This document shows, piece by piece, positions 49,874-58,231 of a stretch of DNA of 64,000 nt (position 1 is the first letter of the stretch; the number at the start of each line of letters is the position of its first letter). Source of the DNA: Trueperaceae bacterium (lineage in GTDB: Bacteria > Deinococcota > Deinococci > Deinococcales > Trueperaceae). The notes beneath the pieces were generated by a model. That model did no database searches and was not told where the DNA came from. It saw only the letters and a program-made list of their open reading frames with translations. The position numbers and the translations under genes were made by a program. Location: positions 128,001 to 192,000 of the forward strand of contig OZ243956.1 of the NCBI GenBank assembly GCA_965214405.1, written 5' to 3'.

Positions 49874-49972
49874 CCCCCCTTAACAAGGGGGGACCGAGGG
49901 GGGATTTGTTCTGACCGGCTTTATAGGGAGGTGACAAAAGCAAATCCCCCCAACCCCCCTTATTAAGGGGGG
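49874..49972. repeat. MITE-like inverted pair of CCCCCCTT-n3-AAGGGGGG hairpins
   Basis: 49874-49908 is an imperfect reverse complement of 49941-49972. Confidence 0.75.
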
Positions 49973-50007
49973 CTTCCGTAGGAACTCGAGCCTTTTTCGA
50001 ATACCCT

Positions 50008-50985
50008 CTAAAAGTCGTAATTCGCCAGATTTTCTTCGGTGACCGTGACCCACGCCTGACCGTAAATCACCTTGCCCTCGACGGTCACGCTTTCATAACC
50101 GGGCTTGCCGAGGTCGTCGCCGGTTTGGATTTCTTCACCTTGCAAAACCCTGTTCACCACGTCCAGCGTCACGTAACCCGCCAGCGCGGGGTCCCAGAAG
50201 AACACCGCGTCCACCGCGCCCGTCTCGATGTACTGGCCGCCGATGGAGGGGAGGCTGGTGCCCATCACGCAGGTCTGGTCCTCGAGCCCGCGCTCCTCAA
50301 TCACCTGGCCGATGCCCGCCACGTCGGTTGAGGCGCTGCCTTGGAAGCCTTTAATGTCGGGATAGGCGCGCAACACCTCTCGAGCGGCGTCGGCGGCCTG
50401 GCCCACGTCGTCGTAGGTCTCGTTTTTGGAGCCCACCTGCGTCATGTCGGGGTAAGCCTCCTGCTGCCGCTCGACGGCCCCGTCCACCCAGTCGTTATGG
50501 GTTTCAGAAGTCAAGGAACCGACAAACACCGCATACTCGCCCTCTTCGTTCATGCACTCGGCGAGCTGGTCCATGAGGTACGCGCCGTACTCGCGGTTGC
50601 GAAAAGCCTCCACGTCGTAGCTCACGTTCTGCTGGCTCGGCGCCTCGTGCGTGACCACCACGATGCCCTGCTCCTGCGCCCTGGCGAAAACGGGCTCCAT
50701 CGCCTCGGGCGAAAAGGGCACCACCGCGATGGCGTCCACCCCTTGCGCGATCATGTCCTCGACGATTTGCACCTGCAAGGCCGCGTCCGCCTGCGCCGGG
50801 CCGAGCTGGTAGACGTCCTGGCCGGTTTCCTGGGCGTACTCGTTGACGCCCTCCTCCATGCGGTCGAACCACTGGATGCCGCTGATTTTGACGATCATGG
50901 GGATGGTGACGGTGTCGTCTTGGGCCAGCACGCTTGGGACAACAAGCGCGGCGGCGAGCAGGGTGATAAGAAGTCCTCGTTTCAT
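50008..50985 (-). CDS. Periplasmic binding protein type 1, LsrB/RhaS-like sugar or AI-2-type SBP
   Basis: 'VKISGIQWFDRMEEG', 'DAALQVQIVED.IAQGVDAI', 'WDP..AG'; signal peptide. Confidence 0.8.
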   Translation of the reverse strand: MKRGLLITLLAAALVVPSVLAQDDTVTIPMIVKISGIQWFDRMEEGVNEYAQETGQDVYQLGPAQADAALQVQIVEDMIAQGVDAIAVVPFSPEAMEPVFARAQEQGIVVVTHEAPSQQNVSYDVEAFRNREYGAYLMDQLAECMNEEGEYAVFVGSLTSETHNDWVDGAVERQQEAYPDMTQVGSKNETYDDVGQAADAAREVLRAYPDIKGFQGSASTDVAGIGQVIEERGLEDQTCVMGTSLPSIGGQYIETGAVDAVFFWDPALAGYVTLDVVNRVLQGEEIQTGDDLGKPGYESVTVEGKVIYGQAWVTVTEENLANYDF

Positions 50986-51182
50986 GCGTCCTCCTTAGGA
51001 ACAGCCTGAGTGAGTCGTGACGTTTACGATGTAAAGAGTTACAGCCGCTTCGTCGTCACCTCCCTCGCAAAACAGCGCGGCTTTCGGTCAGCTTAGGATG
51101 ACGTGCGGCAGAGGTTAAAGAAGGATTAAGAGCACCACTTAAAACGCTTTCGCGGCCCTTTACTTCAACCTTTAATCCGGTA

Positions 51183-51198
51183 TGACAGGATGCTGTCA
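51183..51198. promoter_or_regulatory. Palindromic operator candidate TGACAG-n4-CTGTCA upstream of the sugar/mtn operon
   Basis: Perfect 6-4-6 inverted repeat about 200 bp upstream of the SBP start. Confidence 0.45.
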
Positions 51199-51281
51199 CG
51201 CCCTCCCAACTAAGCTAACTGGTGGAGTGACTATAACATGGGGATGGTTGAGAAGGGCAAGAGGCTCGAGCCTTCGTTAAA

Positions 51282-51305
51282 AACAAGGGGTTGCAACCCC
51301 TTGTT
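51282..51305. repeat. Dispersed 24-bp perfect palindrome AACAAGGGGTTGCAACCCCTTGTT, copy 1 of 3
   Basis: Identical copies at 57837-57860 and 62539-62562. Confidence 0.95.
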
Positions 51306-51392
51306 TGGGGAGCGCATCGTTGCCAAAAGAGAAAATCGTTTTTGCGCGCTTACCAAGCGCGCTCGAGGATTTCTTATAACGACGTTGAAACT

Positions 51393-51770
51393 TTACTCCC
51401 CAAACGACAACATCTCTATCCGGTAACCGTCGGGGTCGTTAAACCAAATTTGCAGCGCGCCGTCGCCGCGCCTGCTGGGTCCGCGCGTCACCTCAACGCC
51501 TCTACTTTCCAAATACGCTTTTGCCTTGACCACGTCATCAACCTGCAACGCCAGATGGTATGAGTGGCGCTCCCTATCGCGGTTCATCGTGTCCAGCATG
51601 AGGTGAAGTTGCCCCTCACCCAACGCGAACCAGGCGACGGGAAAATCCTGGGCGGGAGGAGAGAGGCGGGGCAACTGAAGAACGTCCCTGTAAAAGGCGA
51701 CCGAGGCGTCAAAGTCGCGGGGGTAGAGGGACACGTGGTTTAGGGCGTGAACGTGGATAACGTCTGCCAT
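51393..51770 (-). CDS. VOC/glyoxalase family protein
   Basis: 'LNHVSL..DFDASVAFY..VL', 'HLAL.V.D', 'F.DPDGYRIE'. Confidence 0.9.
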   Translation of the reverse strand: MADVIHVHALNHVSLYPRDFDASVAFYRDVLQLPRLSPPAQDFPVAWFALGEGQLHLMLDTMNRDRERHSYHLALQVDDVVKAKAYLESRGVEVTRGPSRRGDGALQIWFNDPDGYRIEMLSFGE

Positions 51771-51813
51771 GCTTCACCTCGCCCAGAGTTTACCTCACGG
51801 GTTCAGAGCGTAA

Positions 51814-53295
51814 TTAAGACGGCACGCTCGAGCGCCCCCGCGCGCTCACGGCGGGTTTGTGCTCAGCTTTTTTTTGGTGCAGCGCGGGCAGCAAAACGGT
51901 AAAGACCGTGCCCTCGCCCAAGCGCGACTCGACGCTCACCTCGCCGTGGTGCTGCTGCACGATCCAGCGCACGATGGCTAAACCCAGCCCGCTGCCGTTG
52001 CCCCGCGTCGAGCGCGCGCCGTCAACGCGGTAAAAGCGGTCGAAAAGGTGCGGGATGGCCTCGGGGGGGATGCCGGGGCCGTTGTCCAAGACCTCGAGCC
52101 GCACCATGTTCTTTTCCCCCAAGAGCGACATCGTGATACTGTCCGCCCCCGCGTTGAGCGCATTCTGGACGAGGTTTAAGACCACCTGTTTGAGCCGCGC
52201 CGCGTCGCCCGACACCTCGACTAAAGGCTGGGGCGTGGACACCCGGATGCGCGCGTGACCCGCCACGGGCGCGAGTTCCATGTGGAGGGCCTCGAGCACC
52301 TCGACCAAATTCATCGGGTGCCGGTCAACGGTAAAGCCCGCGTCGGCCCGCGCGAGTTCTAGGAGGTCATTCACAAGCTTCGCCATCCGTTCGCCCTCGC
52401 GCCGGATGACCGTGAGTGAATCCGTTTGCTCGGGGCTCGGTTTGGTGCGCCGCAACAAGTAATTGGCGTGGCCCGTGATGGCCGTAACCGGCGTGCGGAG
52501 CTCGTGCGAGGCGTCGGCGGTAAAGCGGCGCTGGGTCTCGAACGATTCCTCGAGCCTATCCAACATATGGTTTAGCGTGACCGCCATCTCCTGCACCTCG
52601 TCGCGCGAACGGGGCACAGGCACCCGCTGCGACAGCTCGGCCCCGCTCACCTGCGCCGCCGCTTTAGTCACTTTTTTGACGGGTAGAAGAACTTGCCTTG
52701 AAAGAATATAGACGCCCAGTGCAAAAACGGCGAACGCGCTTAGCGAGGTGTAAAGGAGCAGGCGGCGGAGCTGCGCCAACCGCTCGGTGGGCAGGGGTAA
52801 ACCAACGAAGAGCGCCACAGGCGCAGGTGGCACGTCCAGATCTAGCCGGTTGTCGGTTCGCATCGAGGCTAGCGCGGACAAGACGAGCAAACGGCTGCCA
52901 CCCTCGAGTTGTACCCGCCCGAAAGCAAAGCTTTCTTGCACAAGCTCTTCGTACACGTTGTCGCTTAGAGCTCGAGAAATACTCTCCGTGGTCGGGTTGC
53001 CGCGCATAGCGGTAAAGGTAAAGCTGTCGCGGATGTCCTGAACGCTAAGTTCATTGATACGTTCGGGCGGCAGCCAAAGAAGGCGGGATTCAAAATAAAT
53101 ATCTCGCGGCAGCGTCTTGACGCCCTCGTTGAGAAAGTCGCTCGAGCGAAGCTGTGCAATCGCCTGGATTTCACGTTCTTGAAGATTCTCTACCAAAGAC
53201 CGCTGCGTCAAAAAATAAACGGTCGCGGACACGACGATCAAAACAAACGCCAAAAAGAGCGTAAAGAAAAGAGTTAATCTGAGTCTTAGGGGCAC
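51814..53295 (-). CDS. Membrane sensor histidine kinase (two TM, HAMP, HisKA, HATPase)
   Basis: ASHELRTP, NLVQNA, DNGPGI, FDRFYR, GSGLGL. Confidence 0.95.
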   Translation of the reverse strand: MPLRLRLTLFFTLFLAFVLIVVSATVYFLTQRSLVENLQEREIQAIAQLRSSDFLNEGVKTLPRDIYFESRLLWLPPERINELSVQDIRDSFTFTAMRGNPTTESISRALSDNVYEELVQESFAFGRVQLEGGSRLLVLSALASMRTDNRLDLDVPPAPVALFVGLPLPTERLAQLRRLLLYTSLSAFAVFALGVYILSRQVLLPVKKVTKAAAQVSGAELSQRVPVPRSRDEVQEMAVTLNHMLDRLEESFETQRRFTADASHELRTPVTAITGHANYLLRRTKPSPEQTDSLTVIRREGERMAKLVNDLLELARADAGFTVDRHPMNLVEVLEALHMELAPVAGHARIRVSTPQPLVEVSGDAARLKQVVLNLVQNALNAGADSITMSLLGEKNMVRLEVLDNGPGIPPEAIPHLFDRFYRVDGARSTRGNGSGLGLAIVRWIVQQHHGEVSVESRLGEGTVFTVLLPALHQKKAEHKPAVSARGRSSVPS

Positions 53296-53413
53296 CGCAC
53301 GCTTCCTTTACAAGTTTTTTGGACGCTTTAGAAGCGTCAACTAATCCGCGTCACATCTCGTTTGCAGCCGTCGTCAAGCTTTTGTCGCCACTTCCGCCTG
53401 TCCCCTCGAGCCG

Positions 53414-54091
53414 CTACTCCTCGCGCAGCACGTAACCCACGCCGCGCACCGTGTGAACAAGGCGGCGTTCGCCGTCGCCCTCGAGCTTGCGGCGCAAATA
53501 GCCCACATAGACGTCGACGACGTTGGAGCCGCCCGTGTACTCGGGCCAGACTTTCTCTTCTATCTCAAAGCGGTTAAAGACCTTGCCGGGGTTGCGCGCG
53601 AAAAGCTCCAACAGCTCGAACTCCTTGGCCGAAAGCTCGATGCGGTGACCGTCACGGAACACCTCGCGCCCGTCTAAGTTCATCACTAAGTCGGCCACGC
53701 GCACCTCGCCTGTGACCGCCGGGTTGACGCGGCGCAGGTGCGCGCGCACGCGGGCCAAGAGTTCTTCGATGGAAAAGGGCTTGACCAGGTAATCATCCGC
53801 GCCCGAATCAAGCCCCGTCACCTTATCGTCGACGGAGTCTTTGGCGGTAAGGATGATGATGGGCGTGTTGCTCGTTTTGCGGATGCGGCGCGCGACCTCG
53901 AGCCCGTCCAACACGGGCAGCATGAGGTCCAGCACGACCAGGTCGGGGTTCAGTTCGCGGAACTTCGACAGGCCGGTGACGCCGTCATAGGTGACAACCG
54001 TGTGATAATTTTCGGCCTGAAGCTCCAGGTCGATAAATTTGGCAATCTCTTTTTCGTCCTCGACAATAAGAATCTGCGGTTTGCGGTCCAT
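53414..54091 (-). CDS. OmpR/PhoB-family response regulator
   Basis: VEDE, LDLMLP, KPF, '[13 protein letters not shown]', 'TVRGVGY'. Confidence 0.96.
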   Translation of the reverse strand: MDRKPQILIVEDEKEIAKFIDLELQAENYHTVVTYDGVTGLSKFRELNPDLVVLDLMLPVLDGLEVARRIRKTSNTPIIILTAKDSVDDKVTGLDSGADDYLVKPFSIEELLARVRAHLRRVNPAVTGEVRVADLVMNLDGREVFRDGHRIELSAKEFELLELFARNPGKVFNRFEIEEKVWPEYTGGSNVVDVYVGYLRRKLEGDGERRLVHTVRGVGYVLREE

Positions 54092-54236
54092 GAGGCGATT
54101 ATAGCGGGCATTTGATGAGAGACTTGATGAGAGGATGACAGTTTCTTGAGCGTTTCTCTAACTTTTCTCACTTAAGGCAGTGGGGGAGTGGTCAGTGAAT
54201 AGTGGTTAGAGGAATCTCATCACTACCCATTATCCA

Positions 54237-54725
54237 CTAATCACTGTCCAAGGGCACCGTCTCCTGAATGATGATGGGATTTTCCAGCACCCGCGCCGCC
54301 CAGGCCTGCGCGCCGGGGAGGGAATGGTCGCGGTAGTTGCCGCACTCGAGTTCGCTGCAACCGGGGATGGGGCCGGTGTGGGTGGTGACGGCCTTGAGGG
54401 CGTCGGTAAGGGCGTCTCGCACCGCCTCCTCATCGGGTTCGCCCAACGTGGTGAGATAGAACCCTGTACGGCAGCCCATCGGGCTCGCGTCGATGATGTC
54501 GGGGAGGCCCGCGCGGAGGTAGCCCGCTATGAGGTGTTCGATGGTGTGCAAGGCGGCGGTGGGAATCTCGGCCCTGTTGGGCTGAACGAGGCGCAGGTCG
54601 AACTTGCGCACCTCGTCGCCCTTGGGGCCGACGTAGCGACCCGCTAAGCGCACGTAGGGCGCGCGGACTTTGGTGTGGTCGAGGTTAAAGGATTCGACTT
54701 TAGGGGTTTTGGCGGTTTGCGTCAT
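54237..54725 (-). CDS. luxS: S-ribosylhomocysteine lyase
   Basis: ESFNLDHTKVRAPYVR, HTIEH, PMGCRTGFY, CGNY..H. Confidence 0.97.
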   Translation of the reverse strand: MTQTAKTPKVESFNLDHTKVRAPYVRLAGRYVGPKGDEVRKFDLRLVQPNRAEIPTAALHTIEHLIAGYLRAGLPDIIDASPMGCRTGFYLTTLGEPDEEAVRDALTDALKAVTTHTGPIPGCSELECGNYRDHSLPGAQAWAARVLENPIIIQETVPLDSD

Positions 54726-54756
54726 GGTGTTGACTATACCGCAGGTGTGGGCAACT

Positions 54757-55719
54757 TCAGTAACCGCGTTCTTTGTCTACAACGTGGTGCAAGGGTTCTC
54801 CAGCTCGGTAACGCGTCAAGTTGTCCAGGAAAATTGCAAACGCCCGCTCGGTGTAGCGAGGTGAAGAGCCCGAATAGTGCGAGGTGATGATGACGTTTTT
54901 CATGTTCCACAGCGGCGAGGTTTCGGGCAGCGGCTCCTCTTCGAATACGTCGAGCCCCGCCCCGGCAAGCCCTCCTTCCGACAACGCCTTGACGAGCGCC
55001 CCCTCGTCCACCACGCCGCCCCGCCCGATGTTGATGAGGTAAGCGCTCCTTTTCATCGCCCGAAACTCTTCCCCGCCCATCATGCCGCGCGTCTCTTCGG
55101 TTAAGGGCACAGTCAGCACCACGGCGTCCGCGTCGGGAAGGAGGTCGCGCAATTGGTCCGTCCCCGCCATTTTTGAGACGTTCGGCGCGTCTTTCGACGG
55201 GTCGTTGCGGACACCCCACACGGTCATGCCAAAGGCGGTAGCGAGCGCGGCGACGCGCTCGCCGATTTCGCCCACGCCGACGAGCAGGAGGGTTTTGTTC
55301 GTAAGTTCAAACACCGGCACGTCGTCTTCGCCTAGCCACGCGTGCTCCTTTTGGGCGCGCAGCGCGGTGGGGAGCGCCCTGGCGAACGCCAAGAGGAGCG
55401 CGAACACGTGCTCGCTGATGGGCACCGCGTGGATGCCCGAGACGTTGGTGAGGATGAAGTCGCTCGAGCGCACTTCAGGATAGCGCAATAACCAGTCCGC
55501 CCCCGCGCCCCACTGCTGAAACCAGCGCAGGTTGGGCGCTTGGGTGAGCAGGTCGCGCGGGAAACTCCCGGCGACGACCTCTATCTCCCCCAGCCTCTCC
55601 TCTATCTCCTCTTGGTCTTTGCTCACCACCACGTCTAGGCCGGGCGCGCCCTCGCGCACCCGCGCCACCTGCGCTTCTGTAAGCGCGCCGGGCTCGAAAC
55701 CGAGCAGCAGCGTCGCCAC
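54757..55719 (-). CDS. D-isomer-specific 2-hydroxyacid dehydrogenase
   Basis: GAGAD, GVGEIG, NIGRG, LDVFEEEPL, TSH. Confidence 0.92.
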   Translation of the reverse strand: MATLLLGFEPGALTEAQVARVREGAPGLDVVVSKDQEEIEERLGEIEVVAGSFPRDLLTQAPNLRWFQQWGAGADWLLRYPEVRSSDFILTNVSGIHAVPISEHVFALLLAFARALPTALRAQKEHAWLGEDDVPVFELTNKTLLLVGVGEIGERVAALATAFGMTVWGVRNDPSKDAPNVSKMAGTDQLRDLLPDADAVVLTVPLTEETRGMMGGEEFRAMKRSAYLINIGRGGVVDEGALVKALSEGGLAGAGLDVFEEEPLPETSPLWNMKNVIITSHYSGSSPRYTERAFAIFLDNLTRYRAGEPLHHVVDKERGY

Positions 55720-55901
55720 CTTAGGCTCCGCTCCGAGCGGTTCGCCTTACCCCGTCCGGCTTCAGCACCACTTTTCGCACGACCGTAAGCATGTCAGCAC
55801 CCTCTCCCGTCCTCTTGCCATCCACACTATACCGGTGCCAGGAGGTGGGTGTCACGCCATCTGGGGAAAGATTAATCTTTTTGAGGGTAGTTTATACAAG
55901 G

Positions 55902-56273
55902 TCAACCAAAAACAGCTTCGCGTTGATTTAGACCGCTCGAGCCACCCTCGCCCGTGCGCCGCGCCAGTTCCTGACGGCCCAGGACGAAGAGTTCGTAATC
56001 CTCCAAAGCAGCCGCGCCGGTCGTGATGGCCGTTTCCGCCTTGGCGACAACTTCGACCAGCGCGCCGTTCGGGCACGCCTCCAACCAGCGGCTCAGGGCG
56101 ACGCCGCTCACCACGCGCCCCCACGGGGGATGGACAAACGGTTTTGAACGGGCTCGAGCCCGCCCCCGAGTTCCTGTTTGCGCGTAGATGCAGCCGTACA
56201 ACGTGCCCTCGAGTAAGAGGTGTTTGGTTTTTGCCTGTTGTCTTGATGATGTGCCATAAAACCCCCCAAACAC
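55902..56273 (-). CDS. Hypothetical protein (start uncertain)
   Basis: C-terminal 70 or so residues look protein-like; no family recognised. Confidence 0.3.
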   Translation of the reverse strand: MFGGFYGTSSRQQAKTKHLLLEGTLYGCIYAQTGTRGRARARSKPFVHPPWGRVVSGVALSRWLEACPNGALVEVVAKAETAITTGAAALEDYELFVLGRQELARRTGEGGSSGLNQREAVFG

Positions 56274-56439
56274 CTGTAAACCTTCTCACGACACAGGTGT
56301 TTCGCTCCGTTATTAAATCAAACGGCGCGGGGGGAGGCTAGGGGTGCGTGTACTTGTTTTTGGGTATACGCGGTAGTTAACTCTGTTAGAGCAAAAAACC
56401 GTTACGGTCAAACGTGTGAAAATGAGGGGCCAGCGCCTT

Positions 56440-57723
56440 CTACAGCCCGACTAAGCCGCGCTCTCGAGCCCACACGACCGCCTCGGCGCGAGAGCGCACC
56501 CCGATTTTGTCGTATACCACCGAGATGTAGTTACGCACCGTTTGCCGGGCGATGCCGAGCGCCGCGCCGATGTCGTCGTTGCTCGCGCCCGTGGCGATGC
56601 GCTCCAAGACTTCGCGCTCGCGGGGGGTGAGTTCGGCCACCTCCGCCATGTCGGTTTTACCCGCGCGGAGTTGCGCCAACTTTTCCATCACCGAGCGCGA
56701 GAACCAGGCGGTGTCGGTCATCACGACCTGGATGGCCTGCATGAGCTCTTCTTCGGTGCGCTTGCGCCCGGTGATGTCATAAAACATGTGCAGCCGCCCC
56801 TCGCCGCCGTCTAGTTGGATAGGGGCCGCCGAGGCGAGCACGTCGCGCACGTCGCCCCCCTTGGTCCTTACCTGAAGCTCTAAGTCGTGAAAGCTCCCGT
56901 AATCTCCCGCCACGTCCCCCGCCGCCAGTTTTTCTAAGTCCGCGGGCGAACCCCACAAGCCCAGTTCATCCGCGCTCCGGCCCAGCGCCTCGTCGCGGCT
57001 GTAGCCCGTGATGGTCTCGAAGCTCCGGTTCACGTCGGCTAAAAGGCCCTCCGGAGTCACGAGCACGGCGGCCACCGGCCCGGCGCGAAAGGCCTGGGAG
57101 AAGCGCGCTTCGGAAGCCCGCAACGCCTCCTCCATCGTGACGCGTTCGGAAATGTCGCGCAGGAGCCAGCGCAGGCCGACCCTTTGCCCGTCCTTGACGA
57201 TCGAGCCCACCTTGAGCAGCACGACGGGCTCCTGCTCGGTGCGCGTCCGCAGCCGCACCTCCCAGCCGTCGAGCGGGTCGCGCGCGTCTAACTGCTCGAG
57301 CTTTTTCTTAAAGTCCCGGCGCGTGTCCGAATCCAGATACGACGGCAGCGGCTTGCCCACCAAAAAATGCTCCTCGATGCCGAACAGCTCCGCGGCGGCG
57401 CGGTTGGCCTCGCGGATGGCGCCCCGCACGTCGGTCACCAAGTAGCCGTCGGGCGCGAACTCGAACAGGTCGCGGTAGCGCGCGCGCTCCTCTTCGACCA
57501 GAAGCTGCGATAAGACAAGCGTCTCGTTCTGCTCGCGCAGCTCCTCTTCGGCCACGCGCAACTCTTCCAAGGCCGTCGAAAGCTCCTGAAAGGCGTTTTT
57601 GATGCCCCCGACACCGTTTCCAACACCGCCCTCGCCGCTGCTCTCCACCCCATCGAGCTCACCCTCGAGCCCCAGGATATGCTCTTGTAAACTCTCGAGC
57701 TTCTGCACAAACCTGTCCTTCAT
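56440..57723 (-). CDS. Coiled-coil + two PAS + LuxR-type HTH regulator
   Basis: 'ELSTALEELRVAEEELREQN', two PAS/PAC domains (DISER, DITGR), 'LTPREREVL..IA.G.SN..I..L.I...TV'. Confidence 0.9.
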   Translation of the reverse strand: MKDRFVQKLESLQEHILGLEGELDGVESSGEGGVGNGVGGIKNAFQELSTALEELRVAEEELREQNETLVLSQLLVEEERARYRDLFEFAPDGYLVTDVRGAIREANRAAAELFGIEEHFLVGKPLPSYLDSDTRRDFKKKLEQLDARDPLDGWEVRLRTRTEQEPVVLLKVGSIVKDGQRVGLRWLLRDISERVTMEEALRASEARFSQAFRAGPVAAVLVTPEGLLADVNRSFETITGYSRDEALGRSADELGLWGSPADLEKLAAGDVAGDYGSFHDLELQVRTKGGDVRDVLASAAPIQLDGGEGRLHMFYDITGRKRTEEELMQAIQVVMTDTAWFSRSVMEKLAQLRAGKTDMAEVAELTPREREVLERIATGASNDDIGAALGIARQTVRNYISVVYDKIGVRSRAEAVVWARERGLVGL

Positions 57724-57836
57724 CTGCTCCCGCCCCTATCATTTCTTCAGCACAAAGTTGTTAAGAAGTGAAATACCTATACCAATAGTACAAGTTTACC
57801 ACACCCGCCGTAAGCGGATGCTAAACACATCTAACC

Positions 57837-57860
57837 AACAAGGGGTTGCAACCCCTTGTT
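57837..57860. repeat. 24-bp palindrome, copy 2
   Basis: Identical to 51282-51305. Confidence 0.95.
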
Positions 57861-57904
57861 TTCCCATAACCCATAGCCCAGTCCATACGCCAGCCTATAC
57901 CCCG

Positions 57905-58231
57905 CTACTCCGGCTCGTTCTGCTCTTCGGCCACCTCCTCGCGCACCCCCGCCTCCACTTCGGTGGTGCGAACTTTGTCCTCGAGCGCGTGCAAGTCGTC
58001 CTCGAGGTGATGCACCTCCCCCTCCAACCGCTTCGCCGTCTTCTCGACTTTTTTGGTAATGGCCCGCGCCTCCGCCACCTTTTCGGCCAGCCGCTCCGAC
58101 TTTTCGCGTAAACGCGCCGCTTCAGTCTCGAGCTTCTTTATCCCCCCCTCGTCCGCCTCTCCAGCTATCTCACCAGACGCCCCGTACGCCTCTTCCCCTT
58201 CTTCTTTTACCCTTCTCTCTTCTTCCCTCAT
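57905..58231 (-). CDS. Small acidic coiled-coil protein
   Basis: ATGA overlap with the cheR stop; Glu-rich heptads. Confidence 0.55.
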   Translation of the reverse strand: MREEERRVKEEGEEAYGASGEIAGEADEGGIKKLETEAARLREKSERLAEKVAEARAITKKVEKTAKRLEGEVHHLEDDLHALEDKVRTTEVEAGVREEVAEEQNEPE

